DNA from: Amphiscolops sp. MND2022
Taxonomy: Eukaryota
Reading direction: 5' to 3'
Assembly (NCBI GenBank): GCA_964187785.1
Contig: OZ076409.1
Span: 22,570,001-22,634,000 of the forward strand
Length of the DNA stretch: 64,000 nt
Part shown: piece after piece, positions 1-13,005 of the stretch
Layout of the letters: every line of letters starts with the position of its first letter
Numbering within the stretch: the first letter of the stretch is position 1
Made by a program: the position numbers and the translations under genes
Notes under the pieces: model-generated
Seen by the model: only the letters and a program-made list of their open reading frames with translations
What the model was told of the DNA's origin: nothing
The model's database searches: none

Positions 1-1008
1 AGAAAAGACTTCTCCAATCCTTCAGCAGGGCGACCATGTTGCGTGCGATCATGCTTCAACTTTGAATTACTGGACGTCATACCAGCCAGTTGGAACGGGG
101 AAACATCAGACGACCCGCCAGGCAAATCACCCATAACAGTGAATACGTCCCCCTCCTGAGGTAAGGGAGTCTGCGCTAAAAACAACACGCAGTAACTACA
201 AAGTTCTGGACCACAACAATGAAACCAATATACGAACTACCTACCTTCATCGTCTCCACCAAGGACGCCGGAGAAACCAAGTCCAGGACTGTCATCGGAG
301 CTCAACACATCAGTGCGCACCCGCTTTGTTGAGCCACTCGGAACAGCTGAGAGCAGACGCTTAGTGCGACGTGAACCGACATTGCCAACAGCCGAAGAAG
401 GGGTGAAATCCTCATCACTTGGATCATCTGAGAGCCCTAAGGAAACAGAGGTAGATGAAATGACGCATCTGCATCAAAACTGTTAACTAGCAAATAACAA
501 ATAGCTAAGCAACCTACCTGATTGTTCCAATAGATAATCCAGTTCATGGCGAGCATCACAGCTGGAAGAATGGACAGACCCAGCATCGTCGTCACGACGA
601 GCAGAACTGTCTCCAGGGGGAGCAACACCGGAATTCCTATCACTTTCGTCACCAGAACTGTCGTCTGTATCAATCTCGCCTAAACCAGCAACTTTACGGG
701 ACACAGGAACTAGCAGGGACCACATCGCCCAATTCACCCTCAAACTGAATTTCTCTTCTCTCTTCCACAACGACCAACCGATCGTCAGGAGGCGACTCAA
801 CACCAGCACATACCTCATCGACAGCCCTACTAACAGCACTCTGTTCTGTTGCCCCGGGGACATCAACAATTTGACTAGCCTCAGTTTCCACAGTCGCATC
901 TCCTGTATCGACTCGCTTCCCTCCCAGAGACTCACCCTCACTTTCCAAAATTCCAATCTGCTGCTACTGAGCAAAACGGACAGCATCCTCATCAGTAGAA
1001 TCTGTCAT
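1..1008 (-). pseudogene. 5' part of a spliced antisense gene of element E (acidic, low-complexity N-terminus), with stop/frameshift lesions; continues off the window
   Basis: GT-AG introns at 517-437 (CAG|GTAGGT...CCTTAG) and 244-176 (GAAG|GTAGGT...TTTTAG). Both are phase 1 and join into one open frame (...EQSG-LSDDPSDEDF...GGDDEA-QTPLPQEG...). Confidence 0.6.
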
Positions 1009-1339
1009 TTTTATCCGTTCAAAGCAATCTAAAAAAGGAAAAATAATCACCAAGATAAACCAACAGAAGACGTGGCGTAAAACCAACGAAACTATTAATA
1101 TGAAGTATTATTATTATGACGTAATGAAAATCATTCAGTCTGCCAGCTGAAAACTTTCTCAATCACGCGAGCGGCGTGAACAATATACGAGTAAAGGAAT
1201 TACCAGTTAAACGTTTCAACTACTCCCATTGCAGTTGACTACACAACTACCTTTATTACACAGCTAACTCTTAAATTGCTAGCAGCCTATTATTTCACAT
1301 AAGTTACTACTATTCACGCAATTACAATCAGAAGAAACA

Positions 1340-1984
1340 ATGCAGACACCAGAATTTGATTTATCTAGCGACTGCTTTATTCTGGATCGCGATGAGGACG
1401 AATACCTGAAATTACCTTAAGCTCAATCTACTCCTACTTTCAAACTATCTCTGCAGAACGGCTCCCCCCAGCCGAAATACATGATCTATATGAGATTATA
1501 AAGACTGAAGAAGAACATTTGGTTTTGCATCATGATACAGCACCAGTGACTATTCTATCTACGGCAAACGAAGACGGCCCGACTATTCGACGGTATACCA
1601 GGGACAACCCTGTGATTCAAGACGGCATAGAGATCAGTCCACCCCGAAATTACCGAGAGATGGACTGTTGGTTATTCGCCCCTAATAATGGAACAGTCAG
1701 CCAGCCCCATTTCGAGCCATTCTAGCTCAATTGGCTACTTTTCGGGGAGCGATTGGACGACCGACTTGTCTTGGCTATCATACGACTCTTTGATACAATC
1801 CGTTTTCCAACCGCCTATTTCATCCCCGTTCAGGCCGATTTCTCCACTTCCTCCCATACCGGACGTCCCTCAAGAAAGCCGGGGACTGTCGCGACCCCAA
1901 AGGTGTTACGGAATGCAAACAACAAAAGGAACGCCTGAAGAGAGAAGCAAGGAAATCGACCAGAGTAGGTCAGAAATGCCATAA
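1340..1984 (+). pseudogene. Sense accessory ORF of element E (interrupted), ending inside the putative LTR
   Basis: MQTPEFDLSSDCFILDRDEDE start, then fragments 1519-1725 and 1688-1984. The C-terminal LSxxxxCxG matches the A/B accessory ORF at the LTR junction. Confidence 0.45.
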
Positions 1985-3439
1985 CAAACCTAAAAGGGAA
2001 AACCAACAAACAACCTAAAATTATCTAAATAACGTGTAAATGTACATTTATTACCATCGTGCTGTACCTGAAATACATAGATATGTAAATATATATAATA
2101 ATAACAAGCGCAGAATTTGCTCAGTCAATCAGCCAGCGCGCTGACCGAAATTAATTCGATCAACACATCGACTGGGGACTTGCCTCAGCGGCAGTAGTGA
2201 TTTTAAATAATTCCGTCCGCATTGACCAATCGAGAGCAGTTGATGCTATTAGTGATTTTGAGTCAACGTCCCAGGCAGCATACCAGTGCGACTGAAGCTG
2301 GGACGCATGCTCAGTCGCATTGCCTGAATATACTGATGCAACTAATCGATGCTAAGTTTTAAATGAAATAACACGACTTAAAAGAAGTCAATTACCAAGA
2401 GAGTGTCCAAAGAACACTAATTAATAATAACTGAGTGTTATTGATGTATTTGATTCACCTCGGGTCTGAGTCGACCTCCCAGGCAAAGTGCTAAATTTCC
2501 TAAGTAAAACGACAGCCTGGGCAGGCGACCAAAATATTTGAGTAACATATAACATTTGGTTATCTCATTTCATTTGCGAAGCTGTCCTCTTTAGACGTAC
2601 TGATTGATAATATGATAGTGAAATAAACCCCCCAGTGCTATTATTCACCCCCACATGCATCGTTTAGTTCAATTACAGTTGAGTCATTCACCTGGTCAAC
2701 TGGCCAGAGGACCCAAAATGAAACGCGTTGCCTGGCGTTCATCCAGGATTTTAATTGTTTGTTTCAGCCTAAAACACCGATTAACGGCTATAGTTGTCTG
2801 ATTAAAAGAAAATCAGTGCTGTTAATTTGTAATACCGAAGTATTTTCCAGATTTGTTTATTAGTAAAATTCGGGAATATTCGATGTAAATTTCACTTTTT
2901 TTCCCGCTTCAGTAGCTAGATTCATGAATTTTCAGTGCCAACTATGTTTCGGCGTCTTGAATTGGCAGGAAATGAAGAAAGAAGTAACGCGGAATCAGGA
3001 CTTCGACAGGAAGTTGAATTCCACTTTCCCTTTAAAGTGAGTTGACGCTGAAAGCCGAGTCTCGAGGAAGCAGACCGGATTTGGATTTTCCTGCCTCGGA
3101 TTGACGCCGAGCTGAACGTGGTGTCAATTCACGCGCGGGATTCAACCCGCGTGTCTAGCGGAAGTTATATATACCTGAGGCGGTTTAAGGAGAGGACCAA
3201 TTTTATTTTGTGATTTTACGAACCGTTCACCTGTAATTTTGAATATTATTTTCATAACGTTATTTTTCCTAACAATTGTTGCTCTCTTAAACTGTTTGTC
3301 AATAATCCCTGCATTTGTACCGTCCGAAGTTTGGATACTATTTGTTTAATCAACTGTCCTTGCTTGGGGATAAGTTGGAACTATTAATCTTCAGAAAATA
3401 ATTAATTCAATTATTCCAAGCCTGAACACTTTCTTGAAA

Positions 3440-3802
3440 ATGCCTGAAAAGACTCAAAAACGGAATTTAAGGAGTGATCAGAGTACCAGTCAGGAAGAGA
3501 TTGAGAATTACAATCACCCAAATGACGAAAATGTAAGTCTTTCTGAACAGGATTTCGAGGATATTTCTAGCAAAATTGAAAAACGTTTGTCAAAACGGTT
3601 GAGAGATTATGAGTTCGGACAAAGAGAGATCTTGAAGTTGATCGAGAACCTCACGTCCAAAGTTGATAGCTTTTCAAACCCAGCCTCTGAACAGTGTGGT
3701 CCCGCCTTGCGTTTTGAATATGACACCGATCCGGTGAATGACTCAGGAAATGAAAATGCTATTAGGAACGTTGGCTCCAACACCGCGCTAGCAGAATTTT
3801 GA
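3440..3802 (+). CDS. gag N-terminal fragment encoded in the LTR of element E
   Basis: MPEKTQKRNLRS... followed by a helical, coiled-coil-like segment. Positionally equivalent to MPSTRKQK/MPTTRKQK in the A/B LTRs. Confidence 0.45.
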   Translation: MPEKTQKRNLRSDQSTSQEEIENYNHPNDENVSLSEQDFEDISSKIEKRLSKRLRDYEFGQREILKLIENLTSKVDSFSNPASEQCGPALRFEYDTDPVNDSGNENAIRNVGSNTALAEF

Positions 3803-6002
3803 AATGCCGCACCAAACAATTTTATAATTAACCGGCCTCAATTGTATATTCAAATCCCCCACATTCAACAAATGCCTCATCTAATTATAGCCTTCCACAA
3901 CAAAATAACCGCTATGATTGCTATTATTCCACTTCCCTCTTCCCTTCAAAACCCCCTTCTCCTGCTAACCAACATTCATGTTGAATTTAATCCCTCCAAT
4001 CTATTACAAACATTGCTTCCTCAAATGTTCTTCCTTTTTTCCTTCAAAGTTTTTTTTTAACTACTCCTCAGTAACCTCTTCCAGAAAAAAGGTTCTCTCA
4101 AAATTTCACCTCTTCTAGTTAAACAAAAACTAGCTCACTATGCTTAATGCTTTTCACTCGAATGACTCTGCAACTCTGCTTTCACAGTAATTCAAACTCT
4201 GAAAAAAAATCGGATTCATTTAACCCTAATTAACCTAGTGGTACTTTAATGCAGCCTATCGTTTTTTTTTCAATTTTTGTTTATTAAATACCCGCCAAAT
4301 GTGAAATATGTTTGAACAATATTTGACTAACAATGATTTACGCTTTTGAACAAGAAAAATAGTCACGCTGCCTTTTACTCATGAATCATTTCCAGTCTAC
4401 AAATTGAGGTCCAAGCCTTCATTGTTATGTTCAAAAGAAAAGTAATACTAATGCTTAGTTGATAAGAAACTACGACTCGTTGTTATTTTGCGTTGTTATG
4501 TTGCAATGTTCGTTAAAAAGTTGACCACCACCACTTCAAGATTCGTTTTCGTTCTTATCCGTCTGTCACTCATATGTCACTTCAAAAAGAGAAAACCGCT
4601 CGGGATGAATACATGAATAAATATTGGAATGCAAAACCAAAAACTTCCATTAAAACTATTCAAATAAACATACAAATTAACAAATTCTGGTTGCCCACAA
4701 GTATTTTAAACTTGCTCTAACTATAAAAAATTTCCCCCGAGAAATTCGCCAATTACTTTATTAACCTACTCTCCAAAAAAAGATTTTGCCCGACATCCAT
4801 GTAAGGGAAGAAAGGAAAGTGCTGTATAATGTTAATAAACAACAACTTCTGTATGACTTTATTATTGAACAACCCAGATACTTTCTGACAGGACAACTCA
4901 CTATTATCATACTCACTTACTTCTTCCTAAAACTTCCTCACCAAAGCTTAAAAGAGTCTCCACACTGTCCAACAAAACCCGAACTCTTAATTTACTTGTT
5001 TTCAAGTACCCCAAAGTTTTTCCTTTTCAAAAACCCGGTCGGATGATATAACCATCCTAATATTGTGAGGTAATCATTTAAACTTTTTCATTCACCTTTT
5101 CTCCAGCCTTGTAAATTGTCTAGACTAAATATATGTGATTTAAATACTTAATGTAAATTACCATAGCTAACCAAATCACCTTATATTCACGTTCTTATTT
5201 ATATCTCGAACTGAGCAGACAGTTCATTCTACCGCTCAGAGTCGTTCTTCAATACAGACCCCTTATTCTGCAGCTCTGTTAGCGTCCCTTCAAAGTACTT
5301 CCTCAAAACAGTTCTCCGTCAACTAAGACCATCTAAACCTAAAAACATAACTAAAACGAAACAAGTACTTTAATATCCAGCGGCTTCAGAAAACGCTGTG
5401 CCGAAAGGCGTCCTTAACGCCGCCCATGCTATAAAGGTAACCCTAGACCTTCAAAACCAAAGAACAAGCAAATGAGTTACTTTCTATGTATTTCAAATCT
5501 CAAATTCGCCGCTAAGGGGACCTCGAAGTTTTGACAAAAATTCGAACATGGTCACTCATACTGTGATCTGGGGAGCAGGAAACAATCTAAGGAAACGTCT
5601 AAGGAATAATGTCAAAACCAAATCACGCTCGGTCTTGCTTATTCCAAATGTTGATTCATTGGACTTTAGACCATATTCCCTAGACGTAATTCGCGCCGTA
5701 CTATGACCATAATCGTTGCCATGCTAGTCATAATATGATCATACTTTGACCATATTGTGATGATCTATTTTCAACATAATCATACGATGACATAGTATGG
5801 TTCACCATTTCTGAATACGAGGGTGAACCTGACTTCCGACAGTCACTCGTTTTTTTCTAAACAGACTTGAAGCGACGAAATTTTTGTTCAGTTTGTTCAA
5901 CTAAACACATACCTCCAAAATCTCATCTCATACCTCGGAAACGCATCTAAGTAAGTGCAAAGGGTCTACTCTTCAATTTTTTCTTTTCTGACACAAAACC
6001 GG

Positions 6003-6230
6003 ACGAGACTAAAGGGTTTTTCATTTTTTTTCAAAAAAGTTTTCCTCGGATTTTTCTTTCTGTTTCCAGTTGGGGAGAAAGTAATTTCCTGGTCTTATCG
6101 AACATGAATGGTGGATATTCCACGAGCATTGGTGTCTTCTGCGTTTTAAATAAAAACGTCCTGGGCATATTTCAAAAACATTGTGCTTTTTGAGCCTTAG
6201 ATATAGCGCCGACTATAGACGTTCCGGTCT
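6003..6230. repeat. Dispersed repeat, also present at ~43743-44060
   Basis: Shared GAGACTAAAGGG...TTTTGA(G/C)CCTTAGATAT(A/G)GCGCCGACT...GTTCC(C)GGT blocks. Confidence 0.55.
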
Positions 6231-6416
6231 TGTTGCCTATACGCTTCAAACTATCAAAAACAAGGCCAACTCGCCTTTGTTGAATAACGCATTTCCAACA
6301 ATTTTGGCAAAACTCTAACTATTATTCACTTCCATCCGATTGCAGACAAAACCACTCTAATAATCGGTTCATACTTCATATAGTGCTGAGTAAAAGCGAA
6401 CTTCGTTTTTCCAGTA

Positions 6417-6548
6417 GAAATTGCCAGTGGAAGTCTTGCAACTGATTTCTAAAAAAAGTTTTTCAAGACCTTCTCTTAGCTTGAAGCTAAGAGAAGGTCT
6501 TGAAAAACTTTTTTAGAAATCAGTTGCAAGACTTCCACTGGCAATTTC
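6417..6548. repeat. 132-bp near-perfect palindrome (66/65-bp arms, 1-nt loop)
   Basis: GAAATTGCCAGTGGAAGTCTTGCAAC...CTTAGCTT-G-AAGCTAAG...GTTGCAAGACTTCCACTGGCAATTTC. The only difference is one base in an A/T run. Confidence 0.95.
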
Positions 6549-6879
6549 ATCTTGCCGAACTTTTACCCCAACTTTCAATTCCGAATTCTAGCCTCAATAA
6601 TTGTCATATTCTGGCGCACTATAAAAACTCACAAACGGACCCTAGATGAACTTGATACAAGATACAAGAATTATATCAAGAAAAATGCTTAATGCTTTTT
6701 TTCAGATAAAAACTCCATTTTAAACTTATATTTGCTTCGCATTGTTCAGAAATTCTTATACTTTCCAAGAGTATCCTAACAGCTAGCAACGGTTTCTCTG
6801 TGGGTGTTCGGCTGAAGTTTAGGAGAAAAACTATGACCAGCATTGAATTAAAATTAAACCACGCAACAAAATTGTCAAG

Positions 6880-7607
6880 CAAATATTTCGCCAAACATGC
6901 AGCCGAGAGCTTGGTTCAGATTTCAACAGAAAACCAAATCGCTATCTTAATGGGTTGGGAAAAATTAGACTTTCAGAGATTATAAATTGGGCAGGTGTCC
7001 CGAATGTCGCAATTGAAGCTTGATCGAAATAGTACTGTCTTTTTTCGATCGAGCTTTGAAAATTAAAGAAAATGGACTTCGTTCTCAAAAAAACTAAACG
7101 AGAAGCAAAGTGCGGGCCGTCAGTTTTTTGCCTAACGAGAAAACGAGTATCCTTAACTACTTGAGGTTCATCTTGTGAGGTTACCTCTAAATGTGTTGAT
7201 TATTAAATTTGCGGGCTACTAAATCAGGTCTTTTTGTGCTTTTTGGTAACAACTTTTCAAACTTTTTGTGAAGTCAAATTTTGGCCGGCTGTATTCTCGC
7301 GGCTAGAACTTCGTCGTATTTCGGCTACAATTTCGGAGCTACTTATTTAAGAGGTAAAAAATCAAATTGTTTTTGCCCTGAAACCTACGTAACCAAAATT
7401 TGTCGAACTTGGTTCAGAGTTCACAACGAAAAGCCAGTTCGCTATCTAAGTTGCCAAAAACTAGACATTCGCAGATTCTAATTTGGGCAGGTGTCCCGAA
7501 GATTGCAATGAAGCTTGGGAGAAATGGTACTAACTTCGATCGAGATTTTAAAATGAAAAAATAGAATTTCGCTCTCAAAAAAAAAGTAAACTGAAAGCAA
7601 AGTGCGG
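6880..7607. repeat. Diverged direct repeat of ~230 bp at ~500-bp spacing (~6880-7115 and ~7390-7607)
   Basis: Shared TTGGTTCAGA...GCTATCT...TTGGGCAGGTGTCCCGAA...GAAGCTTG...AGCAAAGTGCGG. Confidence 0.75.
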
Positions 7608-8413
7608 TTTTTTCATGACTATTTACCACGAATTTTACGACACGGTGTCATTTGGGGTAGACTTTTCTTTGGAAGTCGTGGATTTCATCAGTTTGAAGTC
7701 TACATTTCCACATTGAGATCTTCATGTTAAACGGTCAATCAAAAAGTCATCAATTAAACTCAGAACTAGTTGATACTGGTACCTACTGACAATGTTGTTG
7801 CATCTGTTTGAGTTATTCATGAACTCAAACAAAATCACTAAATGAGATAAAATGATACTCTTATCACATAATTTTTGGTTATTTTATTTGCAAGATTCTT
7901 GCTAGAATTGTCATTCAAAATCGATTCGGTTCAACGACTTCTGAACGCAAACAACACTGACCGGTTGTTCAGAGATGATAGCACTTAATTGCTTCAATTT
8001 GGTAACAACTTGACAGAAGAACAATTACTTTCAATTAAGGTTGGTTTTCACTGCCGCCGTAAAATTCGCGGTTTAGCAATAAAAAAGTAAAAACTATTGG
8101 TTTGATGACGTTTTCACACTAAAGAATTTTGAGTAGTTGCAGAAACTGAAGAATATTCAAAACATTGTAAGCATTCATTTTATGCGTTTAGACAATGCAA
8201 AATAGTTTAGTCGGTACTTCGCCGAAGCTCAACACGTTCAAAGTTCTTTGAAAAGATTCATTGCGTTGCAGAATTTGGAAAACTTTAATCATGGCGAAGA
8301 GGACTTTTAAGTTCAATATTTTTCTACAAAAAAAAACGCATGGATTCTGAATACTTTAAAACAGGGTGCGTCATGATCTGAAACAATCAGGGTGTTTCAA
8401 ACATTAATGGCCA

Positions 8414-9091
8414 CCCAGTGTTCGAAGCAATGATATCCTTGCCAAGAACCATTTCAAGATCCTTGCTAGCCTTGTCAAGATCTTGCCATGATCTTGTATG
8501 AACTTGGCAAGGATACCATGGCCATGCAAGGTCGTGCAAAGGCTAACCATGATCTTGGCAAGGATGCCAAGATTATCCATGTTCTTGACAAGGGGTCCAT
8601 GGTAAAAAATCTGTTTTTGATGGTAACTCCCAGTGTTCGAAGCCATGTTATCCTTGTCAAGATCCATGTTCCCTCTTGCCGCTTTAGAGGTTTTCCCGTT
8701 TTGCATTTAGATGTTATTCCTTAGACGTTATTCCCACCGCTCGCCGCTTTTAGACGTTATTCCCGTTTTGCATTTAGATATTATTCCGTAGACGTTATCC
8801 CCGGTCACCATGACATTCGCGACTTCCACGCATTCATAGACAGGCCTTCCAACTAGGGACACGGTCAATAACTTAAAATGGTTAAATCGAACTTTCGACA
8901 AGACATCCTTGGTAAGGACCATGACAAACCATGGTTATCTTGTCGAGATCTTGTCATAATCTTCCAATGATCTTGACAAGCGTTCCATGTGTCATAATTT
9001 ACCATGATCTTGACAAGGGTACCATGCTTAACCATGATTTAGCAAGATTAACAATGATCATGGTAAGCGTTCTATGGCTTCGAAAACTGGG
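8414..9091. mobile_element. MITE-like non-coding element with terminal inverted repeats and internal CTTGNCAAG/CATG palindromic subrepeats
   Basis: CCCAGTGTTCGAAGC at 8414 and again at 8629; inverted ATGGCTTCGAAAACTGGG ending at 9091. No TSD was established. Confidence 0.6.
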
Positions 9092-9659
9092 CATAAACTT
9101 CAAGCTTTTTTTTTCTTGGAAAAAATAGGCTATCATTGCTGAATTCGAAAAATCAGTCATTTAAATTATTCCATTGTTGACAAACGAGTCGCTTCCAGAT
9201 CCCTCATCTGGGTTTTTCAAAGTCACTCCTGATCGTCTTTTCATTCCAAAAAATGTGAGTGACACTGAGGAATATATGTATATTTTATTTCTAGACTCAT
9301 TGTTGATAAATTTCACCGATAACCATCAAAAGTGAGACCAACTTGTGTGTGCTAAGCAAATTTTGTGTTACTCACAAACAAATGTGTTCCGCTGGCCCGC
9401 ATTCATTTTGCAAATTATGTATTTCGCAGCAACTAACATGTTTTTTAATGTCAAACTAATGGTAATTACAACAACCAATTACTCCACTATCGGATTGTTT
9501 CGAAATCCCCTAATTTTAGCATTAATTTTGATTAATTGCGTTTGCCATTTATGTTTGACAGAGCTTGGGATGTAACGACCGGCTACCGACGCACATCTAG
9601 GAAAAGGGACAACGCCTAGGGTGCTCAAACAGGAGACCGTTGTCTTACTACATCCCTAG

Positions 9660-10973
9660 TGTGAGAATCATGACCCATGGTATCTCCTAAATCTCCTACA
9701 GATCGTGAATCTTTCTTGCAATCTTTATTTTAGGCCCAGATGCGCTTTCCCTGTTTTCCTGACTATTAGGGGACAAACTGGCCTCAGTGTCCCTATGACC
9801 CGTAGAGGACACCGAGTTAGCAATGTTTTGGATTTCTGGGATGACTCTTTCAGCTATAGCTGCCGTAATGGCTCTACTTATCTGACTATGCATCAGTGAC
9901 ATCATAGAGTCCATTTCTTGAGACAGTCTAAGGTTGAATTCATTTGAGAAAGTTTCAAAAGACTGTCTGACTTCATTTTGTCTCAGTAGATCATTTTCAT
10001 GTAAGTAATTCCTATATTCATTTTCTTGGTACGCATTTGTATAAGCGTCCCCGTGGGTCGACGACTGATCTATCGCTTCAGCTAATTCTCTTTCTATGGG
10101 ATTATTATTACTATTTCCCAGCATCACGTCTAAGTTTTCAAAGTCGGACATCATGTCCATTTCTCTAGATTTCCTGGCTTTAGCCTTTTGTTTTCTTGTG
10201 GAAGGCATAAGAGATTGTTACAAGATAAAGAAGTGAATTATCTTTTAGCTTGTAAATCCAGTGTGAGATTACTAAACGGTGAGTAACTAGCATGTAGTAT
10301 CATACAAAAGTTGTTGTCCCCGGGACTAAGAGTCCCGGCTATATATTCTTGAAACTACATGACGATCATAATTTTAGCTGTCATGAGCAAAAAATAGCCT
10401 TAAGGGCTTTCTAAATATAGCCAATGTTATAAATAGTAACAAGCATCATCATGACGTTATATACATCAAAGGGCCTTCCCGACAGTTAACGTGGCGGGAA
10501 GCCCGTGAGTCCATACGGACAATCAACTATATATGTGCATAAAACTAAACAAAATACATGTATTTCAAGACTGGTTAGAATTACATGAATTATATGAAAA
10601 TGCACTTGTAGCTCGTTGTCTGCCGTATTTCATAAGTCCTTTGAGGACCAATAATGCATCATATGGGAAACTAAAACACCAACAATTATTTCCGAGATTT
10701 CGTGTCCTGATTTCCGCAAAACGCTCAGAAAAAGCTTGCAGATGCACTGTAATGCCTTTACCTGTACGCCTTGGTGTCCAATTAACTTACATATTAACGC
10801 CAGTATTTTAACTTTACATGTGATTGCATAATACAAAACATATTATGAAATAAACTATAAGGTGTACATGACTTTCTAGGATAATTTTAAGAGTTTTGTT
10901 GTGTAGGGCTGCACTTTCTTGTAGTCGTGGCAAATTGAATATACGTTGCCATCACAGGCGGACGCCTAGGACA
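9660..10973 (-). repeat. 3' LTR of element A (1314 bp), containing the gag 5' fragment (ORF 9696-10208)
   Basis: Direct repeat of 23404-24886; TG...CA ends on the minus strand; preceded by a short purine run AGGGGGAG (10974-10981). Confidence 0.92.
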
Positions 10974-11767
10974 CTCCCCCTGGAATCAGCATAAAACAGC
11001 CCACTTTCATTCCTTCCAGAAAGGCTAGTCTTCTTGCGTTGAACTGCTCGGCTGATTCCCCCCGTATGGCCGTTTTATGAAGATAGTCAATGACTGCCTC
11101 ATCCTGAATTTGTTCAACGGATTTCCGCAAACAAGGCAATCTGTACAGCCTGAGATATAGGGGCTGTCCCCGCCAGTCGGTCCCCTGAAGTAGATGCCGT
11201 TAGAATGTTGCTGACTGTTACTAGTAGTGGCTTCTGCTGCTATCCTCCAGTCGCCTGACGGGTATTTGAACCTGGCCGGGGGCGACATTGGCGTGTCGAC
11301 CATGGGGATTAGTTGACTGCACAAATTGATTCTGGATCATTTCTTAACCGTGGGTCTCTCGCAGTCGGTCCTCCGCCCATTCCCAAGTCAAAGTAGCCAG
11401 CATCAAACATAGGCCCTGGGATGTACGCCAGCCTGGGTGCCGCAGCACGAGTCACTTCTTGTTTGTTGGCAGTAGAGGGGATTGGAATACCTTCTGATGT
11501 CGATGGAAGTTCCATCTGCCTCTCCACACACTGAGCCAGGAGGGCCACCTCGTCGTCGTCGAACAGACTTTCCAAATTGTCAACAGATGCACTGCTAGCG
11601 CACTCCTTGTCGTCATCTGACGAAATGTAGATTATCCCGTCTCCGGGTGCCGCCCCTTGGAAGTCCTCAGGGTAATATTGTGGAGACTCAGAGTCGAAGT
11701 GACTTGACAAGAATTTATCCATGATCAACTTTTTGGCTATCTTGGAAAATTGACTGAAGGTTTTCAA
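10890..11767 (-). pseudogene. Sense accessory ORF of element A (frameshifted), homolog of 58693-59559
   Basis: SQFSKIAKKLIMDK, IIYISSDDD, TPMSPP, DCLVCG and VS(Q)ASACDG match B in the same order. Confidence 0.8.
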
Positions 11768-13005
11768 GTTTTGATTTTTTGAAGAGCTGCTGTTTTTGAG
11801 AATGAAACTGAAGCAATGGCGGTTTTCCCCCTTTGTCGACTTGCGGGAGTTTTCGTTTCAGTTTCCCGGGGTTTTACTCTTCCTTGCTTAGTAAACCTTC
11901 AATACCAAATTTCTTTCCTTCAGAATCTTTCAAGTAGCCGCTCGGTCTTCTTTGAAAATGCCGACCGAGGCTTTGTTGACTTACATCAACTCTATCAACA
12001 CTTCCATATTAAGAGCGTCGCTTCAAGTGTTTATTAACACTCATCTAGCACTTATGAATTTCAAGAGGGTGAAGATATGGCAGACGGCCACGCCGTCCAT
12101 CAGCAGTTTTGATTACCCAATAGGAATGCAGCATAATTCTTCCTGAATAAAAATGGCTCCTCAGGGTCGTAAATCCATATATGGACTAATGTAAAATGAC
12201 CTTGGAAATAAATAAAATCTTGATAAAATCATGAAATAATTTGTAAAAATGGTGTAGTTTCGAAATAAATGAAGGAATGTAGATATCGCTGGCAGACTCC
12301 ATCCACATAATAATGTAAATTGTATATATATGCAAATTAGACACCAAATTGTATAGCCACGAACTCCAATTTTGACACTTTGTCACATTGCCGATTCACC
12401 TTTCAATTTTTTTACAATTGAATTCTCTCCAATTACTCTCTTTGTATTATCGCCAGTATTTAATCTTCTTTAGTCTTCTAGTCTTTGAGTCGTATTTATT
12501 TGTACGTTGTCTGAAGTTTCCATTTATAATTTCTCCTCATTACATCTTCTGTGGATTTCTTGGGTCACCCTAGGACAATCGACACTGAGTCCCTTTTGGC
12601 AAACCCAGCCATATTCAGCATTCTCTCCCTCTTTCAAAGAAGATTTTGCTCTTCTTGCTCAGCAGCTGCTGTAGAATCGCTATCCTGATCCCAACGTACT
12701 TCTCTTCGGCAGATCGACCTCCAGGACTAATAATTCATCAATCGTCAGCAATATGTGCTCAGAACGTCCTTCCTTCAATTTAATCCATACAGGTCAGTAG
12801 CATTTCAGGGTTTTTTCATTTCTATTTTTAGTAACGAACTAATTTGAGGCTTGATCAGGGCTCTCATTTCATTCACGTACTTCCTGTCCCATAACTCAAG
12901 CATTCACTTGAGTTCAAAATATCTACTTCCGGAAGATTTTTTAACGCGGTAATGGACTCTTTTTCAGGAAGCTTTCCGCTTGAATTTATCTCTTTTTATT
13001 TAGAC

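Larger units (their letters stand above)
1..3782 (+). mobile_element. Element E: 3' portion of a large Gypsy LTR retrotransposon related to A/B (5' part of antisense gene, sense accessory ORF, probable 3' LTR ~1887-3782)
   Basis: Same order as B: acidic spliced antisense ORF, shared CGTGGC...AGTCTGCCAGC motif (1071-1147), sense ORF crossing a TGTCG start at 1887 (LSRPQRCYG vs VSQAAACDG in B), CCAAT motif at ~2224, gag-like ORF from 3440 ending near CAACA at 3782. Only one LTR is in the window, so boundaries are inferred. Confidence 0.6.

Noticed and set aside
3830..5450. Strand-skewed (C/A-rich) DNA, possibly an old non-LTR retroelement remnant
   Set aside because: I could not recover a convincing RT or endonuclease motif.
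8404..9128. ORFs in the palindromic repeat; possible CRISPR-like array
   Set aside because: The ORFs are translations of degenerate repeats. There is no constant repeat with unique spacers, no cas genes, and the context is eukaryotic.
9566..9570. TSD for element C
   Set aside because: The flanks TGGGA and GGAGC do not match.
9696..10208. Stand-alone 170-aa gene (likewise 60671-61327)
   Set aside because: These are LTR-borne copies of the gag 5' end.
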